From positions 194,024 through 258,023 of the forward strand of contig NZ_JACOON010000006.1 of NCBI RefSeq assembly GCF_014287795.1: DNA of 64,000 nt. Reading direction: 5' to 3'. Positions within the stretch are counted from its first letter, which is position 1, and each line of letters opens with the position of its first letter. Below are positions 46,906 through 56,822 of the stretch, in pieces. Under the pieces are notes generated by a model. The model saw only the letters and a list, made by a program, of their open reading frames with translations. It searched no databases and was not told where the DNA came from. The stretch comes from Christensenella tenuis (GTDB taxonomy: Bacteria; Bacillota; Clostridia; Christensenellales; Christensenellaceae). A program made the position numbers and the translations under genes.

Positions 46906-48045
46906 CTACTGGCCTTCCATTTCCGTATGCACGAATTTCCCGCCTTGTATCACCAAATATTCGTAATCATACGGATCACTGTAGGAAACATCCGGCAGGC
47001 CGGTGAGAAGATCCGGAACAATATTCCCGGCGATGCCCTCTGCGCGATCCGCGTTCGCGCGCAGATTGGCAGGCAGCGTTTCATTGCTGCCGTCGTAATT
47101 TGAGGCGATCAGGTTCACAATGTCATAACCCTGTACCGCTTCGTTTTCCGGCGCCTCCCCATACTTTTCTTCATACCGCCGCGCCCATTCCGTATATTCT
47201 TCGCTTTGGTCAACCGGGTACATCGCGGGCACAACCGTTCCATCGAGCCCGCCCAGGGAATCGACCGTCTCCTGGCTGCCGAGCGTGAAGCTGGCGAGCA
47301 GTTTCATTTCCGGAAACAGCTCTTTGATTGCCGCAAGAATATCCGCGGCCCAATAAGACCTATAATAGGGAACATAGGCCGTATCTATGCCGAGCGCCCT
47401 CCAGGCATGCATTTCGTCCGCGAATTCCTGCTGCGTAAAGGGTTCGGACAGCGAGCCGGCCGTACTTGCGCCGCCTGTCCCCGACAGCAGTCCGCGTTCG
47501 AACGCATTTGCCTGCGCGATTTCAAACGGCGTTCCGCTATGTATCACCCCGACGTTTTGCGCGTTCCCGGCATTTGCGTAAAGCCCCATTGCAAACCCGA
47601 GGTGGCTCGCCGGAAGCGAGAAGGGAAAGAAGGAGGAATATCCTTTTCCCACTGTTTCGTCATAATACCCCTGTACTGCAAAAAATGCTTTATGAAAATC
47701 GTCCATTGTCTTTGCCGCAGCATCGATGACCTCATAATCCTGCAAGCTGACGACGGCAGTGATATTCGGGTCCTCCGCAAGCTTGTTGTCCGTTTCCAGC
47801 GACCCTTCAAATTCCTGCGCATCGCCATAAGTTTCCACACTGATTTGGTAAGGCCCGGTATATTCTTCGATTGCCATCTGCATTCCTTTTTCGTAGCGGG
47901 AGGCGTTATATTCCATGCCGCTGCGGTAAACGAGCGCAATCCTGATTGCGTTTGCGTCCTGCTGCACCGGCTGCTGCGCGCAGCCTGCAAACAGAACGCC
48001 CGCCACAACCAGGATGCATACCAGAATAAATATTATTTTTCTCAT
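46906..48045 (-). CDS. PBP type I (Leu/Ile/Val-binding-like) substrate-binding lipoprotein, no cognate permease nearby
   Basis: Lipoprotein signal ...LFAGCAQ. Type I periplasmic-binding-fold pattern. Confidence 0.55.
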   Translation of the reverse strand: MRKIIFILVCILVVAGVLFAGCAQQPVQQDANAIRIALVYRSGMEYNASRYEKGMQMAIEEYTGPYQISVETYGDAQEFEGSLETDNKLAEDPNITAVVSLQDYEVIDAAAKTMDDFHKAFFAVQGYYDETVGKGYSSFFPFSLPASHLGFAMGLYANAGNAQNVGVIHSGTPFEIAQANAFERGLLSGTGGASTAGSLSEPFTQQEFADEMHAWRALGIDTAYVPYYRSYWAADILAAIKELFPEMKLLASFTLGSQETVDSLGGLDGTVVPAMYPVDQSEEYTEWARRYEEKYGEAPENEAVQGYDIVNLIASNYDGSNETLPANLRANADRAEGIAGNIVPDLLTGLPDVSYSDPYDYEYLVIQGGKFVHTEMEGQ

Positions 48046-48072
48046 ATCATTACCACCATAGCCCGCCGCGCT

Positions 48073-50211
48073 TTATTTGATTTGGCGTGCGGCAAACTCA
48101 TAAAACAGTCCTTTCTTTCCCATGAGCTCGTCGTATGTTCCTTCCTCCGCAATCCTGCCGCCGTCAATCATCACAATCCGGTCGCATTTTTTTACGGTGG
48201 ACAGACGGTGTGCAATCACGATCCGCGTGCACCCGAGCTTTGCAATATTTTCAGCAACCTCGTTTTGCACAACGTTATCGAGGGCGCTTGTCGCTTCGTC
48301 AAACAAAAGCACTTGCGGCTTTCCGGCGAGAGCGCGCGCAATCAGAATCCGCTGCTTCTGGCCGCCGGAAATTCCGCCGCTGCCTTCGCTGATCATGGTA
48401 TACATACCCATGGGCATCTGCCCGATGTCTTCCGCGATCCCCGCGAGGCGCGCGGCCTCCCAGGCCTCGTCCAGTGTGCTCCACGGCGCAGTCAGTGTAA
48501 TATTGGAAAAAATATCCCCTGCGAACAGCTTTCCGTTTTGCAGGTCAACGCCGATCCTCTGGCGCATGCTTCGCAGGTCAAGCTCTTCGATGTCTTCGCC
48601 GTCGAAATAAACCGCGCCCGCTTCCGGCTTCTCAAAGCCGATCAGCAGCCGCATCAGCGTAGATTTCCCGCACCCGCTTTTTCCCACAATTCCAACGTAT
48701 TCCCCCGGTTTGATGTGCAGGCTGAAATCGTCGAGAACAACGGGCAAATCTTCACGGTACCGGAAGGTCACGTGGGAAAGCTCCACCTCGCCCCGGAGCT
48801 CTGCCACCTGCTTTTTGTTTTCGCCGGTTTCCGGCTGCGCGTCATAAATCGGCTGGACCATCTCCAGCAGCGGCCCTATGGACGCAAGCTGGGCCGTAAT
48901 GCCCGCAAGCGCCAGAAGCGCGGCAGAAACCGCTCCATAGGCGGTTGAAAAAGCAATATAGTCCGACTGTGAAACCTCGTTTTCTCCAGCAACGAAATAA
49001 AGGAGGATTGTGCCGCCGAGCGTGACAGCCGCTGAAATCGCGGTGCTGAACTTCAAAAACAGGGGCGGATTGTAGGAAAGCCTTCCCTCCTGCGAAAACA
49101 GCTTTGCCCATTTGGCAAACGCCCTCTTTTCCGCCCCGGCAAGTTTGATTTTCTGGATCCCGCCAAACAGGCTGAATACCAGGCCGTTCAGCTTGATGGA
49201 AATATCCGTTTTCCGCTTGGAAACATGAATTTGGACAATTGCCGTGAGGACAATGACCGCAAGCATAGCTGCAATGACGAGCATCCCCGGCCCCACGAGC
49301 GTAGGGGCAAAGGAGGCCATCTGGAAAATATACACAAATGAAAACAAAGCGGAAAGCCCGGTTGTAAGGACTGTTCCGGAAAGAATCTCCCCGATCGCGT
49401 TCATGCTGCCCACGCGTTCGGAAAGTTCGCCCGCCGAATAGTCTTTAAAAAAGGAAACGGGCAGGGAAAATACCCGTGACATCACCGCGTTTTGCGAAGC
49501 CACCGACATTTTATCCATAAACCGGCGCAGGATGAGGCTGCGCGATATGCCGAAAAGCAGGCTCCCGACCGTGGCCCCGACAAGAAGGGCCGTTACCGGA
49601 AAAACATCCGCCGTCAGGCCGCCGGGAATGATATTATCAAAAATCAGCTTGTTGATCTGCGGAAGGACCATCCCAAGGAGGCTTACGCACAGCGACGCGA
49701 CAAGCACCCAGATGACATCCCCCACGGAAAAGGAATGCAGGCGGAACATCAGCGTATCGATGAGCTTCAGCGGTTTGGCGGGAAACCCGCGGTAAAAGCA
49801 GAGCGCCTGCTCCAGAAGCTCCCCGGCTGTTTTTTCGTTGATCCGTACTTTTCCGTTTTCGTCATGGTAAGCGTAGCCGCCAAAGGCCATAGGCAGCAGC
49901 GCCACCGGCGTTCCGTCTTTTTTTGCGCCAAGCAGCGGCCCTGTCGCGTCCTTCCACCATTTTCCGGTCAGCTCCACGCGCCGGTGCATGACGCCGGTCG
50001 GCCGCAGCACATATTCAACCCTTTCATATGGATCTTCAATTTTGTCCGGCACTTCCCCCGCTTCGATCTTCCAAAAACGAAGCACCTCCTGCAACGCGCC
50101 GTCGATTCCCTTTTTTCGGTCAGGCGCGCTTTTTCCCGCGTGCGGTTTCTCAAAAATCGAAAGAAGGTCCCGGAGCGCTTCGTCCATTGCCTTTTGTTCC
50201 TCTTTTCCCAC
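48073..50211 (-). CDS. ABC transporter ATPase/permease with ~150 aa N-terminal peptidase-less domain (NHLM-type bacteriocin exporter, second ABC component)
   Basis: N-terminal soluble domain lacking a catalytic Cys, 6 TM, NBD (GKSGCGKST, LSGGQKQR, LLFDEATSALD, IAHRLST). Confidence 0.7.
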   Translation of the reverse strand: MGKEEQKAMDEALRDLLSIFEKPHAGKSAPDRKKGIDGALQEVLRFWKIEAGEVPDKIEDPYERVEYVLRPTGVMHRRVELTGKWWKDATGPLLGAKKDGTPVALLPMAFGGYAYHDENGKVRINEKTAGELLEQALCFYRGFPAKPLKLIDTLMFRLHSFSVGDVIWVLVASLCVSLLGMVLPQINKLIFDNIIPGGLTADVFPVTALLVGATVGSLLFGISRSLILRRFMDKMSVASQNAVMSRVFSLPVSFFKDYSAGELSERVGSMNAIGEILSGTVLTTGLSALFSFVYIFQMASFAPTLVGPGMLVIAAMLAVIVLTAIVQIHVSKRKTDISIKLNGLVFSLFGGIQKIKLAGAEKRAFAKWAKLFSQEGRLSYNPPLFLKFSTAISAAVTLGGTILLYFVAGENEVSQSDYIAFSTAYGAVSAALLALAGITAQLASIGPLLEMVQPIYDAQPETGENKKQVAELRGEVELSHVTFRYREDLPVVLDDFSLHIKPGEYVGIVGKSGCGKSTLMRLLIGFEKPEAGAVYFDGEDIEELDLRSMRQRIGVDLQNGKLFAGDIFSNITLTAPWSTLDEAWEAARLAGIAEDIGQMPMGMYTMISEGSGGISGGQKQRILIARALAGKPQVLLFDEATSALDNVVQNEVAENIAKLGCTRIVIAHRLSTVKKCDRIVMIDGGRIAEEGTYDELMGKKGLFYEFAARQIK

Positions 50212-50232
50212 GTTCCACTCCTCCTTCCTTCT

Positions 50233-52356
50233 TCAATCGTCCAACAATTTTTCGTAGGTTCCATGCCTCGCGAGCAGGCTTTCATGCGTGCCGCGCTCCG
50301 CCACGTTCCCATGATCCAGGACAATAATTTCCCCGCAGTCGCGGATCGTTGAAAGCCGGTGGGCAATGATAATGAGCGTGATCCCCTTCTCTTTCAGGTT
50401 TTCCATGATTTGCTGCTCTGTTTTGGCGTCCAGGGCGGACGTCGCCTCGTCCAGAATCAAAACGGACGGTTTCCTGACCAGGGCGCGGGCAATCTCAAGG
50501 CGCTGGCGCTGCCCCCCGGAATAATTTTTCCCGCCGTCCACCACCATATCGTCGTATCCGTCCGGACGCAGCATAATATCCTCATGGATTTCGGCGGTCT
50601 TGCATGCCTCGACCACATCCGAAAAGGGAATGCTCCGGTCCCACATTGTAATGTTATTCAGCACCGTATCCTCAAACAGGACGATTTCCTGATCCACCAC
50701 GCTTACGGAATCCGTAAGAATGCTCCGCGGGATCTCCCCGCGCGGGGTTCCGTCGAACAAAATACGTCCCTCCCACGGCGGATACAGCCCGGAGATCAGT
50801 TTAGCCAACGTCGATTTTCCGCTACCCGAAGCACCGACGAACGCAATGCTCTTTCCGCATTCCACGTGCAGGCTGAATTCCGAGATCAGCGGCGGCGAAA
50901 GTTTCGCGTACCCAAACGTCACGCCTTCCATATCGACCGTCCCCCGCAGTTTTCCGTCCGCTTCCCCTTCTTCGGATACGTCCGGTTTATAATGGAATAC
51001 GTCGTCGATCCGTTCCATTTGTGTGCGCATTTCAAAAAACGTCGTGCCTACCTGCACAATTTCGTTGACCGGCGCGAGGAAAGAAGACAAAATTCCCTGG
51101 AACGCAAGCAGGGTACCTATGGTGAAGCTGCCGTCCAGAATGAGGTATACGCCGAGCATCAGCACCGCGATATTCGCAAGCTGCTGCACAAACTGCGGAA
51201 TCATATTATAAAACTGGTTTGCTTTTTGCAGTTGGATTTTTCCGTTGTTGGCGCGGGCATACGTCCCGCTCCAGCGTTCAAAATACCCGTTTTCCGCCCC
51301 TGCCGCCTTGATGCTTTCCGCCATATCGAAGCCTGCCGCGGTAACGCCCGAAAGAAGGCCCATATCCCGCTCAATCACCCGGCTGGCATTGACGCGTTTT
51401 TTGGCAATGATACGCATGACCGCCAAATTCACCGCAGCGGCGGCAATGCCCACAGCGGAAAGAAGGACGCTGTAGCGCAGCAGGACGATCAGGTACAGCA
51501 CCAGCAGGCACACGTTGACGGCAAGCGGCGCGATCCTTCCGATCAGCGTAGAGGCGATTCCTTCATTGCTTGCCTGCCGCGCGGCAATATCGCCGATATA
51601 GCGCTGTGCAAAAAAACCGACCGGCAGCCGCAGCACATGCCACATGAAGGACGAGCTGGCCACCGTTGCCATCTTCCCCTGAATACGCATCCAATATACA
51701 TTCTGGATGGACGCCGTTACAAACTGGAAAACCAGCACCGCCAGCATGACGGAAATGAGAGGCGTCAGCCATTCCGGATTTTTCCCGGATAAAATGTTGT
51801 CCATAAACACCTTGGAAAACAGGGGAATTACAATGGCAATGGCCGCAGCAATGAGCGACCACAGCATCACAAACACAACCGCCCCCCGGCTCCCCCGGAG
51901 TCTTTTCCTTGCAAAATCCATAACGCTCGCGGGCTTTCCTTCCCGCCGGAACGCCTCCGCCGGTTCGAAGCAAAGGACAATTCCGGTGAACGAGCGGTCA
52001 AATTCCTCCATGCCCACGGATATCCTTCCGCGCGCCGGGTCGTTTATCACAGCTTTGTCTCCTTTGAACCCGCACAGCACAACGAAATGGTTAAAATTCC
52101 AATGCAGGATAGCCGGAAAGCCACACTGTTTTACATCCTCGATTTCCATCCGGTAGCCCGCGGCCTCAAGGCCGTAGGCCCTCGCTGCCGTCACGAGGCT
52201 TTTCGCGCTGCTGCCGTCGCGCGATACCCCGCAATCGCCGCGCACCTGTTCCAGCGACAGCCATTTCCCATAAAAGGCAAGCACCATCGCCAGGCAGGCG
52301 GCTCCGCATTCAAGCGCCTCCATCTGCATAACCACCGGGACCTTTGCCACCTTCAT
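50233..52356 (-). CDS. peptidase C39-containing ABC transporter (bacteriocin/double-glycine peptide maturation and export, PCAT)
   Basis: N-terminal C39 domain with catalytic Cys (QMEALECGAACLAMVLAFYG) and His (NFNHFVVL). 6 TM. NBD (GASGSGKST, YSGGQRQRL, LILDEATSALD, IAHRLST). Confidence 0.85.
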   Translation of the reverse strand: MKVAKVPVVMQMEALECGAACLAMVLAFYGKWLSLEQVRGDCGVSRDGSSAKSLVTAARAYGLEAAGYRMEIEDVKQCGFPAILHWNFNHFVVLCGFKGDKAVINDPARGRISVGMEEFDRSFTGIVLCFEPAEAFRREGKPASVMDFARKRLRGSRGAVVFVMLWSLIAAAIAIVIPLFSKVFMDNILSGKNPEWLTPLISVMLAVLVFQFVTASIQNVYWMRIQGKMATVASSSFMWHVLRLPVGFFAQRYIGDIAARQASNEGIASTLIGRIAPLAVNVCLLVLYLIVLLRYSVLLSAVGIAAAAVNLAVMRIIAKKRVNASRVIERDMGLLSGVTAAGFDMAESIKAAGAENGYFERWSGTYARANNGKIQLQKANQFYNMIPQFVQQLANIAVLMLGVYLILDGSFTIGTLLAFQGILSSFLAPVNEIVQVGTTFFEMRTQMERIDDVFHYKPDVSEEGEADGKLRGTVDMEGVTFGYAKLSPPLISEFSLHVECGKSIAFVGASGSGKSTLAKLISGLYPPWEGRILFDGTPRGEIPRSILTDSVSVVDQEIVLFEDTVLNNITMWDRSIPFSDVVEACKTAEIHEDIMLRPDGYDDMVVDGGKNYSGGQRQRLEIARALVRKPSVLILDEATSALDAKTEQQIMENLKEKGITLIIIAHRLSTIRDCGEIIVLDHGNVAERGTHESLLARHGTYEKLLDD

Positions 52357-52367
52357 ATGCCGCCTCC

Positions 52368-53300
52368 TCACGAATTAAGCAAAAGCTCGTAAGGCTTCTG
52401 TTCGTCTATGACGACGAGGAGGTCGCAGACGGTTCCCGTTGAAAGCTCGAGCGTATTTCCTTTTGGGTTCGACCACGCCGCGGAATTTCCCGCACCGCTG
52501 TATTCCGCGTCAAGCGAAATAGACACCCTGACTTCGATGCTGTTGCCCTCTTCCATGATCTCCGCTACATATTGCTTGTTTCCCACGGCGGCCGTAATAT
52601 CGTTATCCGTCACCGGATACTCCCCGATTTCGGAAATATAGCCTATCATATATCCATATTCCTCGCGCGAGACATAAGACGGGCAGGCCTGCACCTCCAT
52701 CCCTTCCGAAAGCTTGCGCGCTGTATCCACAGGCACATAACACAGGATTTCATAACTGTTCGTGCCCTCCTCGATCCGCGCGAGGCTGGCAACCTGTTCG
52801 TTCTCCCCCACAATATCGTTCACGTGCACCGTATCCAGCACGATTCCATAAACCTCCGAACGGATGACCGAGGCGGCGGCATATTCATTTTGTTTTTGCA
52901 TAATCAGCGTCTCGTCCTTTTCTTCCGCCGCCTGCAGCTGTTCGAGTTCGGCCGCGAGTTCCGGCTGCGGGATCACTGCCAGAATATCGTGCGGCATGAC
53001 CATATCCCCAACGCTTACGCGCACGTCATGCACCTTCCCGCCGCCTGTCGAGAGCACGGAAACCGTGCCGTCCCCCGGGAACACTACTCCCTTCATTTCA
53101 AGGGTATCTGGAATCGTGCCGACGGCAAACCAGACGGCCGCCGCCACCACAACGGCAATGCAGGCAACCAGCACGCTCCATATGCCGGGATTTGTTATTT
53201 TCACATATTCATCCAGTTTTTCCGGGGAAGCTGCGTTTTCTAGCGATTTCTTCCGAAAAAGGTCTTTGGCCATAGCAATCTCCCAATTTGTTTTATCCAT
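52368..53300 (-). CDS. HlyD-family membrane fusion/secretion accessory protein
   Basis: N-terminal cytoplasmic tail, single TM (IWSVLVACIAVVVAAAVWFAV), coiled-coil (ELAAELEQLQAAEEKDETL) and beta-barrel-sandwich segments. Confidence 0.7.
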   Translation of the reverse strand: MDKTNWEIAMAKDLFRKKSLENAASPEKLDEYVKITNPGIWSVLVACIAVVVAAAVWFAVGTIPDTLEMKGVVFPGDGTVSVLSTGGGKVHDVRVSVGDMVMPHDILAVIPQPELAAELEQLQAAEEKDETLIMQKQNEYAAASVIRSEVYGIVLDTVHVNDIVGENEQVASLARIEEGTNSYEILCYVPVDTARKLSEGMEVQACPSYVSREEYGYMIGYISEIGEYPVTDNDITAAVGNKQYVAEIMEEGNSIEVRVSISLDAEYSGAGNSAAWSNPKGNTLELSTGTVCDLLVVIDEQKPYELLLNS

Positions 53301-53349
53301 ATTGCCCCGCCCGCGCCGCGGGCAGGGGAAGGGCTGCGTACAAACGCCC

Positions 53350-53874
53350 CTAATCCATTAAATCACGAATTTCCTCTGTACGCAATTTTTTTAACGTCCG
53401 CCCGAGAACTGTGCCTACCGTGCTTTCGTTCATGCCAAGCCGTTTTGCGATCTCTCTATTTTTATATCCTTCAAAGTAACGATAGTATAGGATCATGCGC
53501 TCCTTTTCTTTCAGGCCCATAAGTTCCCGCAGCAACGCCCGCCGCTTAGGCAAAGCGATCCTGTCAAACTGAACGTCGAAATCCACGGCAATTTCCACCC
53601 GTGCGTTTTCGTCGTCCAACGAGGCCTCTTTTTTCTGTTTCCGGTAAAAATCGGTCAGGGTATTTTTTGCGATATGGAATATCCAGGTTTTAAACGAAGC
53701 CTTCTTTTCATCAAACCGGTGCATATTTTTTGCAGCCTTCATGAAAGTTTCGCTTACCAGGTCTTCCGTATCCTCCCTGCGAAGGATGCGGTAAAAAATA
53801 TAATTGTATATTTTGGGAAAATATTCTTCATACAGCTCTTCAAAAGCTTTGACGTGCGTCATTCCGAACTCCAT
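53350..53874 (-). CDS. RNA polymerase sigma-70 factor, ECF subfamily
   Basis: Region 2 (FEELYEEYFPKIYNYIFYRILRREDTEDLVSETFMKA) and region 4 HTH (YKNREIAKRLGMNESTVGTVLGRTLKKLR). Confidence 0.85.
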   Translation of the reverse strand: MEFGMTHVKAFEELYEEYFPKIYNYIFYRILRREDTEDLVSETFMKAAKNMHRFDEKKASFKTWIFHIAKNTLTDFYRKQKKEASLDDENARVEIAVDFDVQFDRIALPKRRALLRELMGLKEKERMILYYRYFEGYKNREIAKRLGMNESTVGTVLGRTLKKLRTEEIRDLMD

Positions 53875-54233
53875 TCATTCCTGCGTTTTATGCATTCGTA
53901 TCCTTTGTTCGCGGCAGACCGCCCTGCCAAAAAAATTTTTGGCAGGAAAAACCATTTCCGCAGCTTTTTCAGGTCATATTGAGCTATCTTTTTTCTCCAG
54001 ACGTATATCCTTTATGGAGGCGCAGAACCAAAGGGGTCTCCGTGGAAAAAGGAACCTCTGCGCGGCACAGGCGCGAAGCTTCAAAAAACCGCGGCTATAC
54101 TCCGGCGGAGGGCCGCAACGGTGTGAAATTTCCGCATCCGCGGGCGGTTTTGCTATGCCGGAAAAATAAAATCCGGCCTTCCGGGGGCGGATGTTTTCCG
54201 TTCTGTGCAGCCGCTCCGTGGCTTTTGCACTCT

Positions 54234-54464
54234 TCAGCGCACGGTATCGTCCTTGTTCCTGTCCATATCTTCCATTGGGCAGGGCACACCCGCCGCATGG
54301 ATCTCTTCCAGTTCGCTGTCCGCCAATTGACGGAAGCACTTTTTTTGAATCATCTGAAGCAGGTCTTTCTTCAGCCCGCTGTCCAGCGAAAAATCCGCAA
54401 AATCCGGAACCCCGTTCCTGCTTCTTTCACCGTCTGGAAAGGAAAACAGTTTTTCTCTCTTGTT
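54234..54464 (-). CDS. small peptide (77 aa) with Nif11/NHLP-like leader C-terminus (..LADSELEEIHAAG) and short Cys-containing tail; uncertain
   Basis: GGGGGAG RBS 9 nt before ATG (MNKREKLF...). The segment QLADSELEEIHAAG|VPCPMEDMDRNKDDTVR resembles leader ends of the LSDEELEAVAGG type. Lies upstream of the ECF sigma and exporter genes on the same strand. Confidence 0.35.
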   Translation of the reverse strand, partial: NKREKLFSFPDGERSRNGVPDFADFSLDSGLKKDLLQMIQKKCFRQLADSELEEIHAAGVPCPMEDMDRNKDDTVR

Positions 54465-54822
54465 CATCTGCTCAATCTCCCCCATTGCTATTTATATCCT
54501 ATACGCGCGATGCAATGAAGCGGCTCATTTTCACAGGAAAATCCGGTTTTACCCGTGGGGATTCGTCCGGCCCGGTTTGCCTTTCCGGGTGCCGTTGCGG
54601 GCCTTGGCCCCGGCTTCTTCGCACGTTTGGCTGCGGCAGGGAAATAAAACGCGCATTTTAACATCGTTTATTATATGCCGGCCCGCCCCCTATTGTCCTT
54701 TTCCCGGATATCCGGTATTCGGAAAAGGGGCCTTTTTACCATCCCTCTTACAGCCAAACCGGCCACAGCCGCGCACAGGCCTTTTGCCCGCCGTCCGCTT
54801 TTTCCCGATGCGGGGAAGGCCG

Positions 54823-55770
54823 TCAGCCCATAACCACTCCCGAAGTTTCCATACACGCAATCACCGTGAACAGCACAATACTGATTACCGTGTAAAGCGC
54901 AAGGCTCGTCGCCACATAGGCGTTGTCTTTTTCCCCGCTGATAAAAAGCGGCAGGATATAGGGCGCGGGCAGGGAAAACACAAGCACCAGGCCCCAGAAC
55001 AAATATTCGTTGAACGGAAGAAACAGGAAGATGACGTTTACCGCAAGGAAGCAAAGCAGCGCCATCACGCAAAAGCGCAGCCCGGCCGCGACCAGCGCAT
55101 CCTTCATGTACTCCTTCGTCCACTCGAGTTCATAGCCCACTACAAACAGCATCAGGATGCCTGTCGGCGCGCTGATATACGCAAGCACCTCCGAAATGGC
55201 CGGCCCTATGGGCGACGCGTCGAGCATCCGCCCAATCCCGGTCGCCCCGAGGGCGATCCCTGCCACAACCGCCCAGATCATCGGCGTTTTCACCATAGAC
55301 CGGAGGGAACTTTTAGCGTCTACTCCTTTGCGCGCATTCAGCAGCCCGATGTAAATCGTGAACGCAAATGCCGCCTCTCCAAGGTCAATCATGGCGAAAT
55401 TTGAGACCTGCGCCTGGGAAAACAGCATGATGTAGAGCCCGTAGCCAAGCATTCCCGTTTCATATGAAGTGACAAGGAAGGGCAGCAAATCCTGCTTCTG
55501 GCGCAGCAGCCACCGCAGGAGTTTTCCCAACAGCAGCCCGGTGAGCCCACAGCAGAACATCGTAATCACGACGACGGCCATATCCGTATCTACCGTGACC
55601 GTATAAAACGCGCCGATAATAACGGCAGGCAGCGCAAAATTCATCACCAGGGCTTTCATGCCCTCTATCCCGCCGGGCGTGACGAGCCTTTTGCGTTTGG
55701 AAAAATAACCAATCAGAAGCGCGATAAATACGGGCGCAACAATAGGTAGCACTGAAAAAAATTGTTCCAT
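54823..55770 (-). CDS. AEC (auxin efflux carrier/malate permease-like) family transporter
   Basis: 10 TM; conserved N-terminal LPIVAPVFIALLIGYFSKR. Confidence 0.75.
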   Translation of the reverse strand: MEQFFSVLPIVAPVFIALLIGYFSKRKRLVTPGGIEGMKALVMNFALPAVIIGAFYTVTVDTDMAVVVITMFCCGLTGLLLGKLLRWLLRQKQDLLPFLVTSYETGMLGYGLYIMLFSQAQVSNFAMIDLGEAAFAFTIYIGLLNARKGVDAKSSLRSMVKTPMIWAVVAGIALGATGIGRMLDASPIGPAISEVLAYISAPTGILMLFVVGYELEWTKEYMKDALVAAGLRFCVMALLCFLAVNVIFLFLPFNEYLFWGLVLVFSLPAPYILPLFISGEKDNAYVATSLALYTVISIVLFTVIACMETSGVVMG

Positions 55771-55889
55771 TGCGGTTGTCCTCTCTTTTTACCTCTCCAG
55801 GATGGGACATGCATTTTATTTATCATATCATATTTCATTTTTGCTGAAAAGCTTTGCCCGGGCAGTCTTATTTGCGGGCTGCGCCGCCG

Positions 55890-56822
55890 TCAGGGCACGG
55901 CCAGGTATGCGATTACCGAGAATAACACAATACTGAACACTGTATAAAGCGCGAGGCTCGTCGCCACGTAGGCTTTGTCGTCCCCGCTGCGCGTAAATAA
56001 CGGAAGCAGGTAGGTGGACGGGAGGGAATACATCAGGATAAAGGACCAGAATAAATATTCATTGAACGGGATGAACAGGAAGATAAGGTTTACCACCGCA
56101 AAGCAGAGCAGCGCCATCACACACGCGCGCAGTCCGAGGGCGGCAAGGCCGCTTTTGATATACCGCCTGTTGAGCTGCATTTCGTACCCCACGACAAACA
56201 ACATCAAAATTCCGGTGGGCGCCCCGACATAGGAAAGCACTTCGCCCACGGTGGGTCCGGCAGGCGACGCGTCGAGCAGGCGCCCGAGGCCTGTCGCCCC
56301 GAGGATCAGCCCCGCGGCGGTCGCCCAAATCATCGGGGTTTTGAGCATGGCACGAAGCGAACTCTTCACATCCGTCCCCACGCGCATATTCAGCAGGATA
56401 CTGTATACAGTAAAGACAAAAACCGCTTCCCCGATATCCGCCATTGCAAACCAGGAAAATTTTTCCTGTGAAAACAGCAAAATATAGAGCCCATACCCAA
56501 TCATCCCCGTTTCAAAGGTCGTCATCAGGAAGGGCATTGCCTCGTGCCGGATGCGCAGGAGCTTTTTCAGCAGCTTCCCGGCCAGAAGGCCTGCAATTCC
56601 ACTGGAAAAGATGATTGCCGCAATCACCAGAATATCTGTTGAAATATCGATATTGTAAAACGCCCCGATGATCACTGCCGGAAGCGCGAAATTCATGACC
56701 AGCGCTTTCATTCCCCCCACTCCTTCGGGGGAGACCAGCCCTTTTCTTTTAGAAAAATAGCCGATCAGAAGCGTAACGAAAACAGGGGCAATAATCGGTA
56801 AGATGGAAAGAAAACGATCCAT
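55890..56822 (-). CDS. AEC family transporter (tandem paralog)
   Basis: About 60% identical over its full length to the 54823..55770 product (ILPIIAPVFVTLLIGYFSKRKGLVSPEGVGGMKALVMNFALPAVIIGAFY...). Confidence 0.75.
   Translation of the reverse strand: MDRFLSILPIIAPVFVTLLIGYFSKRKGLVSPEGVGGMKALVMNFALPAVIIGAFYNIDISTDILVIAAIIFSSGIAGLLAGKLLKKLLRIRHEAMPFLMTTFETGMIGYGLYILLFSQEKFSWFAMADIGEAVFVFTVYSILLNMRVGTDVKSSLRAMLKTPMIWATAAGLILGATGLGRLLDASPAGPTVGEVLSYVGAPTGILMLFVVGYEMQLNRRYIKSGLAALGLRACVMALLCFAVVNLIFLFIPFNEYLFWSFILMYSLPSTYLLPLFTRSGDDKAYVATSLALYTVFSIVLFSVIAYLAVP

Noticed and set aside
47206-48948. 580-aa + ORF
   Set aside because: Antisense to the PBP lipoprotein and ABC transporter genes.
50359-51792. 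477-aa + ORF
   Set aside because: Antisense to the C39 ABC transporter.
53925-53946. CTGCC-A7-T5-GGCAG palindrome between the leader-like peptide gene and the ECF sigma gene
   Set aside because: AT-only stem beyond 5 bp and no flanking U-run on either strand, so it is unlikely to be an efficient terminator. It may still be a weak structure, so co-transcription of 54234..54464 with the sigma gene is left open.
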